The notes: a model not told the origin generated them from the sequence alone. DNA of 64,000 bases from Fimbriimonadales bacterium (GCA_045862955.1 BTVI01000003.1:47552-111551); one strand, 5' to 3'; shown: positions 31,154-41,172, numbered from the stretch's first letter. Made by a program: numbers and translations.

Positions 31154-31393
31154 ACCCAAAGCCTACCCGACCAGGCCTCCCGCGCTCCCGCCCCCTCAGT
31201 GCCTCCTTCATCCTTCACCACTCGCCGTGGTGAGGCAAGCATGATGTGCGATACGCAAGAGGACTTGTCAGACTAGCCACGAAGCAAGCTGCGGAGTGCC
31301 GTACTCAGCCACCCGGTTGCCCGCGGGATTGCGGGGTGGCGCGGGACCAAGGGCGGGGATAACCGCAGTCCAACAGAAGAGTCTCCAAGAAAG

Positions 31394-31413
31394 TGACACT
31401 ATATATGGTGTCA
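31394..31413. promoter_or_regulatory. Near-perfect 20-bp palindrome, candidate HicB operator
   Basis: TGACACTA-TATA-TGGTGTCA, 10 nt upstream of the toxin start, next to TATAAT (31420-31425). Confidence 0.6.
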
Positions 31414-31423
31414 AGACGGTATA

Positions 31424-31699
31424 ATGATAAAGAGACGCCTTGTAGACGTCTGGAGGGACGGGAACCGTGCAGGACATCGAGTCGACGAGGTGTTGGCCGA
31501 ACTGAAGCGGTTGGACTTCAGCCTCGTGCTGACGACCAAGGGCCACTACAAGATATGGCATCCGAAGCTCGAATGCTGCCCGCACTTCCCGATGGGGTTC
31601 ATCTTGATAAACCCCCATGCTTTCGGAAGGCAGGGCGAAGTCCACCCGGCCGCCATCCGGGACATACTGAAGGCCCTAGATTGGATTGAACAGGAATGA
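31424..31699 (+). CDS. hicA: HicA-like toxin (dsRBD-fold mRNA interferase)
   Basis: 91 aa; KGHYKIWHP resembles the HicA G-S-H motif; second His in INPH; C-terminal helix VHPAAIRDILKAL; ATGA overlap with the hicB-like gene. Confidence 0.7.
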   Translation: MIKRRLVDVWRDGNRAGHRVDEVLAELKRLDFSLVLTTKGHYKIWHPKLECCPHFPMGFILINPHAFGRQGEVHPAAIRDILKALDWIEQE

Positions 31700-32292
31700 A
31701 GACGCTGAATGAGTTGCTGAACGCCTACACGATCAAGGTCACGCCTCTGCCTGCTTCGGATGGTGGGGGGTTCGAGGCGATCTACGAAGAGCTTGCGTCA
31801 ACCGCTGCCGGCTATGGTGAAACGCCTGCGGCGGCCGTTGACGCACTCCGCGAGCTTGCAGAGAACGGACTGTCGGACGAGCCGCTGGATAGCATGCCCG
31901 CACCACGGACCCACGCGCCGTGGGCGTCGTACAGCGGGCGGGTAACGCTGCGCCTGCCGAAGACCCTCCACGCCCGCCTCGACCGGCTGGCGGACGAACA
32001 AGGCGTGAGCCTTAACCAACTGATGGTTCAGGCCCTCCAGTCCGCTGCGGATGCCCTCACCGCAGGCCTGGACTTCGGCCCCGTATTGCCCGCAACGTCT
32101 CCGTCAATCATCGGCGAGATGCGAGAGGTTCGAGCGGCCATGGACGAGGTAGCGAGTTCATCACTCGTCGTGATTCCTGCTGTTGACTTCGAACCGCAGT
32201 ATCGGCGCACCGGTAAGAGGCACGGACTGAAATTCGAGCGCATCGGAGGTGACGATGGTGGCTACGGGCGTATCGAGCCCAGTATCTGCTGA
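31696..32292 (+). CDS. hicB: HicB-family antitoxin (partial RNase H fold plus RHH) with an about 80-aa C-terminal extension
   Basis: GGGFEAIYEEL..GYGETPAAAV and YSGRVTLRLPKTLHARLDRLADEQGVSLNQL. Confidence 0.88.
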   Translation: MKTLNELLNAYTIKVTPLPASDGGGFEAIYEELASTAAGYGETPAAAVDALRELAENGLSDEPLDSMPAPRTHAPWASYSGRVTLRLPKTLHARLDRLADEQGVSLNQLMVQALQSAADALTAGLDFGPVLPATSPSIIGEMREVRAAMDEVASSSLVVIPAVDFEPQYRRTGKRHGLKFERIGGDDGGYGRIEPSIC

Positions 32293-32800
32293 GGAGTTCG
32301 CCGCATTCCTCTCTGGTCTCGTTATGCGGTCCATCAGGATTGTGCGCTGCGAGGCCGAGGTTGCATCGCGCCCGGCAACTGACGACTCTCAGGCCCTGCT
32401 GGAATTCGGCGAGGACGCCGAGCTGGTGACTTGCGAGGATCGAATCGCCGTGGTCCATGCAACGTACGGGGTGCGCCTCATTGTGCTTGGAGCCGACGGT
32501 GTGCCAGAGGGACAGCCGGCTGCCGAGCTCACCGTAACGTATCGAGTGGAGTACGACGTGGAGTCCCCGATGACAGAAGACATCTTCGCGGAGTTCCGTA
32601 AGGTCACCTTGCGCTTGCACACGATACCGTTTGCTCGTGAGTGGATACGCGAGACTTCAGCTCGAATGGGCATCAGACCGATCTTGCTGCCGTTGGCGCT
32701 GTCGCACCCCGCTGCCGTACCGCATCGGCCAGCGCCTGGGTCAGGCAGCCCGACGCGAGGAAAGCGAGTGCGGGCGAGCCGAAGGCCGGCTGTTGATTGA
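32255..32800 (+). CDS. SecB-like chaperone
   Basis: Beta-rich acidic N-terminal half; IPFAREWIRETSARMGIRPILLP matches the SecB P-F/Y-x-R...G-x-x-P-x-x-L-P pattern; GGAGG RBS; overlaps the hicB end by 38 nt. Confidence 0.75.
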   Translation: MVATGVSSPVSAEEFAAFLSGLVMRSIRIVRCEAEVASRPATDDSQALLEFGEDAELVTCEDRIAVVHATYGVRLIVLGADGVPEGQPAAELTVTYRVEYDVESPMTEDIFAEFRKVTLRLHTIPFAREWIRETSARMGIRPILLPLALSHPAAVPHRPAPGSGSPTRGKRVRASRRPAVD

Positions 32801-32984
32801 GAGTGTTCCATGCCCCGAGCCTCCGGCTGCGGGGCCGGCAGGTGACCTTTCTCCCTCGGCGAAGCCCAGCAGCCGAGCGTCGGGGCTTCCTACGCTCCTG
32901 CGACGGCGCGGTCCCTGCCTCCCCGACCCCGGTCGGTCACAGCCAGTAGCCCGGGACGCGGCCCGGGGCATAGAGGCCTGAAGC

Positions 32985-33992
32985 CTACCCCCACCGGTCG
33001 AAGAGGCTGCTGACGGACATGTCGAGGTGCACGCGGCGGATGGCTTCGGCGAGAAGCGGAGCGGCGGGGAGCACCGTCAGTTTCGGGAAGCGCTTCGTAC
33101 GATCGATCGGCACCGTATCCGTGCACACCACCAGCGAGATGCCCGAGGACTCCAGCCGCTTCGGCGCATCGCCGGAAAGCACTCCGTGCGTGCAGCACGC
33201 CACCACGTCGACCGCGCCCCGGTGGAACAGCGCATCGGCGCCCTGAACGATGGAGCCCGCCGTGTCGATCATGTCGTCTATCATGATGCACGTCTTGCCT
33301 TCCACCTCGCCAATGATCTCCATGATGTCCACCTTGTTCGGTTCCGGGCGGCGCTTGGCGATGATAGCGATAGGCGCACCGAGCTGCTCCGCGAGCCTCC
33401 GCGCCCGTGGCACGCCCGCCACGTCCGGTGACACCACCACCGTGTCCCGTAGGTGCATCTCGTGTTCTATCAGGTACTGCCCGATCAGCGGCCCCGCATA
33501 CAGGTGGTCCACCGGCAGGTCGAAGAATCCCTGAATCTGGTCTGCGTGCAAATCCACGCACATGATGCGGTCTGCGCCTGCGTTGGTGATCAGATTCGCC
33601 ACCAGGCGCGCGCTAACCGGCTCACGGGGCTTAACTTTCTTGTCTTGGCGCGCATATCCGTAATAGGGCATCACCACCGAGATGCGCCGCGCAGAGGCCC
33701 GACGGAACGCATCCAGCATGATCAGCAGTTCCATCAGGTTGTCGTTCACGGGCGCGCACGTGGGCTGAATGATGAACACGTCGTCCCCGCGCGTGCTCTC
33801 TTCGATCTGGACGCGTATCTCGCCGTCCGAAAAGCGTGAACATCGGATCTGTCCCAACGTGGTCCCTAACGACTCGGCAATGCGCTCCGACAGCTCCGGG
33901 TTGGCGTTGCCGGTGAAGAGTTTCATTCCGGTCGGTTCGCCGATATCCATGTGGATCGCCGCCTGGGCTTTGCCTATTGTTTGGTCCGCCAT
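32985..33992 (-). CDS. prs: Ribose-phosphate pyrophosphokinase
   Basis: FSDGE, PYYGYARQDKK, DLHADQIQGFF, DDMIDTAGS; start could be 33950. Confidence 0.96.
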   Translation of the reverse strand: MADQTIGKAQAAIHMDIGEPTGMKLFTGNANPELSERIAESLGTTLGQIRCSRFSDGEIRVQIEESTRGDDVFIIQPTCAPVNDNLMELLIMLDAFRRASARRISVVMPYYGYARQDKKVKPREPVSARLVANLITNAGADRIMCVDLHADQIQGFFDLPVDHLYAGPLIGQYLIEHEMHLRDTVVVSPDVAGVPRARRLAEQLGAPIAIIAKRRPEPNKVDIMEIIGEVEGKTCIMIDDMIDTAGSIVQGADALFHRGAVDVVACCTHGVLSGDAPKRLESSGISLVVCTDTVPIDRTKRFPKLTVLPAAPLLAEAIRRVHLDMSVSSLFDRWG

Positions 33993-35347
33993 TTCCGTGC
34001 CCACTCCTCTTTGTTCACTTGCCGGGCCCTGCCGATTGCCAGTGCATCCGGCTCGACGTCCTCGGTGATCGTGGAGCCCGCCGCCGTAAAGGCTCCGTCC
34101 CCGATCTGCACCGGTGCAACGAGCGTACTGTTCGAGCCGATGAACACGCCTTTGCCGATTACCGTCCGGTGCTTTCGCTTCCCATCGTAGTTGCAGGTGA
34201 TAGTGCCCGCCCCGATGTTAGTGTCCGACCCGACCGTCGCATCTCCCACGTACGCGAGGTGCCCGATGCTCACATCGTCTCCAATCTGGGAGTTCTTCAA
34301 CTCCACGAAATCCCCTATCGAGCAGTTGCGTCCGACCTTTGTTCCCGGTCGCAGATGAGCAAACGGGCCGACCCGAGTACCGAAACCGATCTCGCTCTCC
34401 ACCACGTTGCTGCTCAGGACGGTGGCGCCGTCCTCCACGATGCCGTCCACGATTCGCGTCCCTGGGCCGATCGTGCAGTTGCGCCCGATGCGTGTCGTCC
34501 CCTTAATGCAGCACCCCGGCTCTACGACGGTGTCCGGGCCGATCTGGACGTCCATGTCCACATAGCTGTTCTTCGGGTCGGTGATGGTCACGCCGCTCGT
34601 CGCCAGATCCTTCAGCTTGCGCATCCGCAGGACTTCGGCTGCCTGACTTAGTTGCCAGCGGTCGTTCACACCCATCAGCAGCGTGGGATCCGGCGTTGTC
34701 CAAGTAGCCACACGGTAGCCGGCTGCTGCAGCGAGGCCGATGATGTCCGTGAGGTAGTACTCTTGCTGTGCGTTGTCCGCTTTGAGTCGTGGCAGCAGGT
34801 CGGCCAACAACGCCACCTCGAAGCAATAGAGCGAGGTGCAGACTTCCTTGATTAGGCGCTGCTGGGGTGTGCAGTCGCGCTCTTCGACGATCCCCACCGG
34901 CTCTCCCGCCTGGTTTCGCAGCACGCGCCCGTAGCCCGTCGGGTCGTCGTACTGGCACACCGCAAAGGTGAGCTGCGCCCCCATCTCCTCGTGAGTTCTC
35001 AGCAGCGAGGTCAACATCTCGCCGGTCACTAGCGGTGCGTCGCCGGGCATCGTCAGGGCGCGCGTGGCACCCTGGTTGCGTAGCGCGGGAAGCGCTTGCA
35101 TCAGAGCATGCCCTGTCCCCAGTTGCTCGCTCTGGGCAGCGTAGTCGTTCTGAGGGCCGAGCACATCCTGCACTCGCTCGGCACCGTGCCCGACAACGAC
35201 GATGGGGCGGGGAACGCCTGCCGAGCGCATCGCGCGCACGCAGTGCTCGGTCAGAGGGATGCCACAGACAGGGTGGAGGGCTTTGGGTAGCTCGGACACC
35301 ATGCGCGTGCCTTTGCCTGCGGCGAGGATCACTCCGGACAGTGTCAA
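33974..35347 (-). CDS. glmU: Bifunctional UDP-GlcNAc pyrophosphorylase / GlcN-1-P acetyltransferase
   Basis: LAAGKGTRM, QLGTGHA, EYYLTD, hexapeptide repeats, NYDG. Confidence 0.96.
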   Translation of the reverse strand: MTLSGVILAAGKGTRMVSELPKALHPVCGIPLTEHCVRAMRSAGVPRPIVVVGHGAERVQDVLGPQNDYAAQSEQLGTGHALMQALPALRNQGATRALTMPGDAPLVTGEMLTSLLRTHEEMGAQLTFAVCQYDDPTGYGRVLRNQAGEPVGIVEERDCTPQQRLIKEVCTSLYCFEVALLADLLPRLKADNAQQEYYLTDIIGLAAAAGYRVATWTTPDPTLLMGVNDRWQLSQAAEVLRMRKLKDLATSGVTITDPKNSYVDMDVQIGPDTVVEPGCCIKGTTRIGRNCTIGPGTRIVDGIVEDGATVLSSNVVESEIGFGTRVGPFAHLRPGTKVGRNCSIGDFVELKNSQIGDDVSIGHLAYVGDATVGSDTNIGAGTITCNYDGKRKHRTVIGKGVFIGSNSTLVAPVQIGDGAFTAAGSTITEDVEPDALAIGRARQVNKEEWARKWRTKQ

Positions 35348-35373
35348 AACCGTGTGGCTCCTTACAGTGACGG

Positions 35374-35447
35374 TGGCTGGCGGGGGAGGATTCGAACCTC
35401 CACAAGCAGAACCAAAATCTGCTGTCCTGCCCTTAGACGACCCGCCA
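35374..35447 (-). tRNA. tRNA-Gln (UUG) with encoded CCA
   Basis: TGGCGGG acceptor stem, GCAGA-TTTTGGT-TCTGC anticodon arm, GGTTCGAATCC T-arm; TATAAT upstream. Confidence 0.95.
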
Positions 35448-35557
35448 GTGCGCCTGGATTATACCGTTGTAGGCGATACCCCCCGACTTGCCCAAATAGC
35501 GATGGGGAGCCGCAAGGAGCAGCTCCCCGAAAGGTTCGGCGTGTTCGCCGACAAGGG

Positions 35558-36232
35558 CTATCGGTTGCGACGCCCTCGGAACATGCGGAGCCCGATCAGG
35601 CCTAGACCAACGGTTACGAGCGTTGCAGGCTCAGGAACGAGACCTGGGACGTACACACCGACGTTCTGACCCGAGTATCCGCCACCGGATGCAGTTGCGA
35701 CCCAAAGGATCCCCGCATCGGGCTCGTACAGGCTGTGGATTTGGAACATCAGCGCGGTGTCGGCTACGTCGGGTGACGCACTGCCTACGCGTATTGCGCT
35801 CGAGGTGGTTCCAGCCCACTCGGCATCTCCAGCAGCTTCATCTCCGATGAAAAACCACGGGATGAAGTTGACTCCCCCGCCCTTGCCACCGCCGTTACCG
35901 AGGTTTACGAATGGCGAGATATCGGTCAAGCCGAAATAGGTGATTGCGCCAGGAACACCGGTGATGCTGCTGCCCGACACGTTCCGAATTCTATAAGAGT
36001 AGAAGTAGCCAGGATCGCCCACATGAGTGAACGCCCAGTAGTCGACATAGACATCCCCGAGGGAGACCCCCGGAACAGGATCGAGCAACACGGAACCCTG
36101 GTACAGGATATTTACGTTGGGGTCCAAAGCATCGGGGTCGACATACGATACAGCGCCCGCCTGGACAACGAGACCAGACAGGGCGACCGTAATCAACGTC
36201 CCCCAAAACAACCTTCTCACGGACACGGCCAT
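35558..36232 (-). CDS. PEP-CTERM sorting domain protein
   Basis: Signal peptide; C-terminal VPEPATLVTVGLGLIGL followed by the basic tail RMFRGRRNR. Confidence 0.9.
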   Translation of the reverse strand: MAVSVRRLFWGTLITVALSGLVVQAGAVSYVDPDALDPNVNILYQGSVLLDPVPGVSLGDVYVDYWAFTHVGDPGYFYSYRIRNVSGSSITGVPGAITYFGLTDISPFVNLGNGGGKGGGVNFIPWFFIGDEAAGDAEWAGTTSSAIRVGSASPDVADTALMFQIHSLYEPDAGILWVATASGGGYSGQNVGVYVPGLVPEPATLVTVGLGLIGLRMFRGRRNR

Positions 36233-36610
36233 CGCGTACCTCCTTGATGTTCGCGATAGTTCCGGGAGTTCGGCACAACGATCACTTCGGCCGTCTAAAA
36301 CTCTCCTTCAAACTATTCGCGCTGGACCAGACTGTTAAAAGCAATTGGAGACATGGGGCAATTTCCCCAGTCTCCCAGGTTGCGGCCAAAAACAACGTAG
36401 TCAGAGCTAGCTCGTGACCGCGACTTACATAGGCTGCGCGGCTGCCGTATCCCTCGGACGGCTTTGCGCCGACCGGGCGGCTCACCACTATTCTACACCA
36501 AGTTCCCCCCAATTGGTACAGGAGCGGCGGAAAAAAGGGATAAAACCGTGTCGATCCTCAGGAGCACAGACCCGTGCGCAGCCTCGTTCTGAGCGGGTAC
36601 CGTGCTCTCG

Positions 36611-37642
36611 ATGAGTCACATGCTGGACGAGATGAGCGAACAGCCTCGGATTCTGCGCGGCGCCGTGGACAGGCTGTGGCAGCGCTCGGTGGCAGCGGCG
36701 AAGGCTGCCAGGAGCTGCCCATTCGTGGTGATCGCTGCTCGCGGAACCTCGGACCACGCCGCTACCTACGCCAAGTACCTGCTCGAAATCCGTTGCGGCA
36801 TGCCGGTCGCGTTGGCGGCGCCGAGCGTCCTCACGTTGTACGGTGCACGGCTCCGTCAAAAGGGGTCGCTGGTTGTTGGCATTTCCCAGTCCGGTGCCGC
36901 CCCCGACGTGACGGCGGTCGTCCAGGAAGCAAGACGGGCAGGCGCGGTGACCTTGGCCATCACCAACGAGGAGCAAAGTCCGTTGGCGCAGGCAGCGGCG
37001 CACCTGTTGCCGCTGGGCGCAGGACGCGAGCGTTCGGTCGCGGCTACCAAGACCTATACGGCCACTCTGGGGGCGCTGTTGGTCTTTGCGCACGCTCTGG
37101 TAGGTATGGAGCCTCCCAAACGCGAGATCGAGGCAGCGGCCGACGCGGTGGAATCTGCCCTAAAGGCGGCTCCTGAGATCGAGCGTATCGCGGAACGGTT
37201 CCGCTTCATGGAAGAGTGCGTTGTGCTCGGTCGTGGCTACAACTATGCCACTGCTCTCGAGACTGCACTGAAGATCATCGAGACGAGCTACGTAATGGCG
37301 AAATCCTACTCTGCCGCCGATTTCATGCATGGCCCGATGGCGCTACTGCGACAAGGCTTTCCGTGCCTAATGATGGCCAACTCGGGTCCGAGTCTGCCTG
37401 CGGTCCGGGAGCAAGCCACCAAGCTGCTCGAGCGCAAGGCCGAGCTGATGGTGTTCTCCGATGACGAGGAGATGCTGCGGCTGGCACGAGTGCCCATGCG
37501 AGTGCCCTTCTCGATCCCGGACGAGCTGGCGCCGATCGCGTATGTCGTCTATGGGCAGCTATTCGCCTACTACTTGGCAAAGACGCGTGGGCTGAATCCG
37601 GACAGGCCTCGGGCGCTCAGAAAGGTGACCCGCACGCTCTGA
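36611..37642 (+). CDS. Double-SIS-domain protein (GlmS C-terminal-like aminosugar-phosphate isomerase/deaminase)
   Basis: EMSEQP, ARGTSDHA, ISQSG, ERSVAATKTY, HGP, LNPDRPRALRKVT; no glutaminase domain. Confidence 0.9.
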   Translation: MSHMLDEMSEQPRILRGAVDRLWQRSVAAAKAARSCPFVVIAARGTSDHAATYAKYLLEIRCGMPVALAAPSVLTLYGARLRQKGSLVVGISQSGAAPDVTAVVQEARRAGAVTLAITNEEQSPLAQAAAHLLPLGAGRERSVAATKTYTATLGALLVFAHALVGMEPPKREIEAAADAVESALKAAPEIERIAERFRFMEECVVLGRGYNYATALETALKIIETSYVMAKSYSAADFMHGPMALLRQGFPCLMMANSGPSLPAVREQATKLLERKAELMVFSDDEEMLRLARVPMRVPFSIPDELAPIAYVVYGQLFAYYLAKTRGLNPDRPRALRKVTRTL

Positions 37643-37657
37643 TCCAAACATGAGCAA

Positions 37658-37681
37658 GGGCCCGGTGCTTTCACCGGGCCC
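37658..37681. terminator. Hairpin between convergent genes
   Basis: GGGCCCGGTG-CTTT-CACCGGGCCC. Confidence 0.6.
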
Positions 37682-37700
37682 CGCCACGTCAGCGATTAGC

Positions 37701-38588
37701 CTACTGAGTTATATCCCACTTGTACGCGTCAATGTCCGTGATCGGACCCGCGTAGTTCGCGACCACATTCGGCACGCCCGCCGCGATCTGCTGGATGGTC
37801 ATGGACTTGGCATGTCCGTCCACGAACACCGTGGTGCACTTATCGGTGTGCCACGGCCAGCAGCCACCGAAAACATCCCAGGCATTCGGAAGCTCTGGGT
37901 GCCAACCCGTGTATGGGTAGTAATTGTTGCCCGGTAGCGGCCAGGTGTCCACGCGCGTTCCGTCCGGCTTTACCCACGTACGGGCAGGCGGAATGGCGAT
38001 CCAGTTGCCGCCACCGAACGGCTTGCCGCTGGCATCTCTGTTCCACACCGTGTCGATGTGGAGGAACGTGTTGGCGGTCGAAGCGATGCGCCCTTCCTTC
38101 GTCGGAACGGAGCCCCAACCTGACGAAGTGGAATACACCGGGCTCAGATAATATGAGTTCATCCCGACGTTAGTGCGCAGCGACCACTCGTAGTTGCGTT
38201 CCCAGCGGTTGGCCGGTGGCGGGCATTCGCCTTCGTTGCCGTGCTGGGTTAGCTCCTTGTCGTTGGCAGTCGGGTCAGACGGGCAGCGAAAGACTGTCCA
38301 CTCCTTCACGTAGCCCTGAAGGGACGTTACCCAGACTTGGTCTCTGTAGTCGTACGAACACCCCGCCCATGCTGCGGTGTGATTGGTGAGGACGAACTTG
38401 CCGTTATTGTCACCGCGATACTGCGCTTGGGCAATCGCGACCTGCTTGTAGTTCGAGATGCACTGCGAGACCTTGGCGGCTTTGCGAGCCTGTGAGAATA
38501 CAGGGAATAGGATTGCAGCAAGAATCGCGATAATTGCGATGACAACCAGCAGCTCGATAAGCGTGAAACCGGTCCTTTTCATGATCAT
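37701..38588 (-). CDS. Prepilin-type N-terminal cleavage/methylation protein with H-X9-DG motif
   Basis: [43 protein letters not shown]. Confidence 0.92.
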   Translation of the reverse strand: MIMKRTGFTLIELLVVIAIIAILAAILFPVFSQARKAAKVSQCISNYKQVAIAQAQYRGDNNGKFVLTNHTAAWAGCSYDYRDQVWVTSLQGYVKEWTVFRCPSDPTANDKELTQHGNEGECPPPANRWERNYEWSLRTNVGMNSYYLSPVYSTSSGWGSVPTKEGRIASTANTFLHIDTVWNRDASGKPFGGGNWIAIPPARTWVKPDGTRVDTWPLPGNNYYPYTGWHPELPNAWDVFGGCWPWHTDKCTTVFVDGHAKSMTIQQIAAGVPNVVANYAGPITDIDAYKWDITQ

Positions 38589-38606
38589 GTTCGTAGTCCT
38601 TTGCGT

Positions 38607-38843
38607 TTAGCGTCGGCTCTTGTCGCCTGCACCAGGGAATGGTGGAGGCGTGCCGTACAGCTGATTGTTGTCCAGAACGTCTTTCGAGTTCGGGTCACTC
38701 GGCGGCATCAGGTTCGTGACGTCCGATGGGCTGTCCGTAGCAGGAGCCATGCGTACCGCAGCAAACCAGACCCCGACCCCGACTATCGCGAGGATGACGA
38801 CGATACCAATAACCTTACCCGCGGTGGTATCAAAGAAGCTCAT
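38607..38843 (-). CDS. Small single-pass membrane protein
   Basis: One TM helix followed by a Pro-rich tail; AAGGAGG RBS; lies between two prepilin-type genes. Confidence 0.7.
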   Translation of the reverse strand: MSFFDTTAGKVIGIVVILAIVGVGVWFAAVRMAPATDSPSDVTNLMPPSDPNSKDVLDNNQLYGTPPPFPGAGDKSRR

Positions 38844-38870
38844 AATAGCCTCCTTCTTCGAGAGGCGACC

Positions 38871-39773
38871 CTAATCCTGCAAGTCCCAAATGTACGCGGA
38901 CTGGTCGCTGATCAACCCGTCCCAGTTCTGAAGGCGAGAACACCCCGCAGTGAGTTCATCTGGCATCAAGCGCCGAACGTGGCCGTCGGCGAATACGACC
39001 GTGAACCCGCCGTTGTGCCAGTTCCACGCACCACCATAATAGTTGCTCGACTTCGGATCCGACTCCCATCCCTTCGGGGCCATTCGCCAATAGTATTCGT
39101 TCTGCCAGACGACCCGTGGGAAAGTGTCCCGATTCACTGCGTTGGCAGCCAGATATCGGCAAGGAGGAACCACGACCCACTGACCCCCGCCGAATGGGCG
39201 ACCTAGATGATCCCGGCCCCACACGCTGTCCACGAAAACGAGCGTCCTCGCAGGGCTGGCGATGCTAGAAAAGCGGTTGGGAAACGCCATCCAGCCAAGC
39301 GTCACATCTCGCACGAGGGGTGAGAGGTACATGAAGTTGAACCCCAAGTTCGTTCGCAAGGACCGAACGTAAAACTCGCCCCAGTCGTCGTCAGGCGCCG
39401 CATCCACGTCGTCCCAACGCCCGACGCGAGCCGGTGTTGCACGTCCAGTGTCACCGGGGCATTCGAACACGTCTACCGACCTGGTGTACGGGTAGAGAAC
39501 CTGGACCCACGTTCGGTCGTCGGGGTCGACTCTCTCGGGGATGTAAGCGTGGTAATTGGTGGGCGGGAACCGATCGCTGTACTCGTCCATGTACATCCGC
39601 AGAGCCTTCAGCACAGCGCTGAAGTTCTCGGCGCACGAGGCACGGATCGCAGCACCGCGCGCAGCGCTCATGACAGGAAACAGCAGCGCCGCGAGGATGG
39701 CTATCACCGCCACGACGACGAGAAGCTCCACCAGCGAGAAGGCCTGCCGATGCCTCAGGTTATCGCCTCCCAC
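38871..39773 (-). CDS. Prepilin-type N-terminal cleavage/methylation protein with H-X9-DG motif
   Basis: AFSLVELLVVVAVIAILAALLFPV; WHNGGFTVVFADGH. Confidence 0.9.
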   Translation of the reverse strand: MGGDNLRHRQAFSLVELLVVVAVIAILAALLFPVMSAARGAAIRASCAENFSAVLKALRMYMDEYSDRFPPTNYHAYIPERVDPDDRTWVQVLYPYTRSVDVFECPGDTGRATPARVGRWDDVDAAPDDDWGEFYVRSLRTNLGFNFMYLSPLVRDVTLGWMAFPNRFSSIASPARTLVFVDSVWGRDHLGRPFGGGQWVVVPPCRYLAANAVNRDTFPRVVWQNEYYWRMAPKGWESDPKSSNYYGGAWNWHNGGFTVVFADGHVRRLMPDELTAGCSRLQNWDGLISDQSAYIWDLQD

Positions 39774-39954
39774 ACTCGATTCGAGAACAGTATATCAAAA
39801 GTCCCGGTTTTCTACAAGAGCCGCCGCGCAAGATGCTGCTGATTCGTACTCGCCGTCATCCCACTCCCAGCAAATTAATCGGTGCCAAGTAACCGAATCT
39901 CGATCACTCTTGAACCAGGAAGCCGCAGCCCTGGCTCGGCAGAGGCAGTCCACT

Positions 39955-41172
39955 TCATAGCACGAAGTGCCAGACGACGCCCGGAACGGTTCTCCTCGGG
40001 TGCGCAACGGCTCCGACCGAAAACCCCAATGGCCCCCTCCAGCCTGCGAAGAGAACTGGACCCCGTGTGGTCAAGAAGCCGCTCGCATAGAAGTCCCCGC
40101 GCGAGTTCGAGCGCCACAAGTCCAAGCCCGCCGCAACCTGCAGCCCAGACTCTCGATCGAGCATCAAGCCGATCCGAACCGTCGGAGCACCGATGGAACT
40201 CGGCGGCGAATACGTTTCGCCAGAAAACCTCGCTGCGAAGAAGTCCGCAACCACTCGGAGTAGCCTGCGCTCCACGAAGACCGCTCCGTAGTGCCCCGTC
40301 TCCAGCCAGAGCATCGGGGGACTACCTAGTGCCTTGTGCAACTTCTCCGTGTCCGTCGCCGGAACTACCGTGTCGAACATCGCGCCAACCAGCAGAACGC
40401 GCTCGCCCATCTCCGCGTTCACGTACGACAACGGTTCGACGTCCTTAAGGCGGGAACGCAAGCGCTCCTCCGTCCACCCGTTGCGACGCAACACCTCTCG
40501 GACGGAAATCGAAAGGGAGCTGTTCCACAGGATATGCGCAACATCTCCGCCCCCGAGCAGAAACACTCCGAACCGGAGCCTAGGCTCGGCTGCCATGCCT
40601 AGCGAAGCGATGATGGCTCCGAGACTGACCCCTAGGACGCCGATGCGCTCTGCATCAATGAAGCTCTGAGCTTCCGCCCAGTCCACGGCACGCCGTAGGT
40701 CGGAAACTGATTGGCGCACCATCTCCTCGAATGCGCCAACGTCGGGTCGCAGTGCCAGCGCCCCGCTGCGATACCCCGGCGGGCTGCGCTCAATGTGATA
40801 GGGAAGCGTGACCAGCAGCGCCGCCATCCCGCGATCGTTCAGTCGCTTTGCGATGCGCTCCTCGAGGAAGTGGTCCGCGACGCCCAGCCCGTGCAACAGG
40901 ATCACTGTGGGCATCGGTTCCTCGGCCCCCGCTGGGCGGATCAGCCGCGCTCGCACGATGTCGTTCTCCGGCCACTCGGTCTGATGTGCCGAGGGGAAGC
41001 TGACCTCCAAGAACCCTGCCTTCTGCACGGTCTGTGCATTGAACTCCTTGGGAGGCGCCGGAAATGTGTCGGCGGCGGACTGGCTCCATGCCGCTGCAAC
41101 GCACAGCGCGGCCGCGGCAGGAAGCAGCGCACGGAGAGGTAACAGGATGGAAGATGCAGGAGGTGTCCCCAT
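39955..41172 (-). CDS. Secreted alpha/beta hydrolase with a short C-terminal beta-rich extension
   Basis: LLHGLG, GVSLG nucleophile elbow, DTVVP, TGHY; start uncertain. Confidence 0.8.
   Translation of the reverse strand: MGTPPASSILLPLRALLPAAAALCVAAAWSQSAADTFPAPPKEFNAQTVQKAGFLEVSFPSAHQTEWPENDIVRARLIRPAGAEEPMPTVILLHGLGVADHFLEERIAKRLNDRGMAALLVTLPYHIERSPPGYRSGALALRPDVGAFEEMVRQSVSDLRRAVDWAEAQSFIDAERIGVLGVSLGAIIASLGMAAEPRLRFGVFLLGGGDVAHILWNSSLSISVREVLRRNGWTEERLRSRLKDVEPLSYVNAEMGERVLLVGAMFDTVVPATDTEKLHKALGSPPMLWLETGHYGAVFVERRLLRVVADFFAARFSGETYSPPSSIGAPTVRIGLMLDRESGLQVAAGLDLWRSNSRGDFYASGFLTTRGPVLFAGWRGPLGFSVGAVAHPRRTVPGVVWHFVL

Noticed and set aside
35374..35447. tRNA-Gln as the integration site of a genomic island
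   Set aside because: No integrase and no duplicated tRNA 3' end seen; glmU follows directly.
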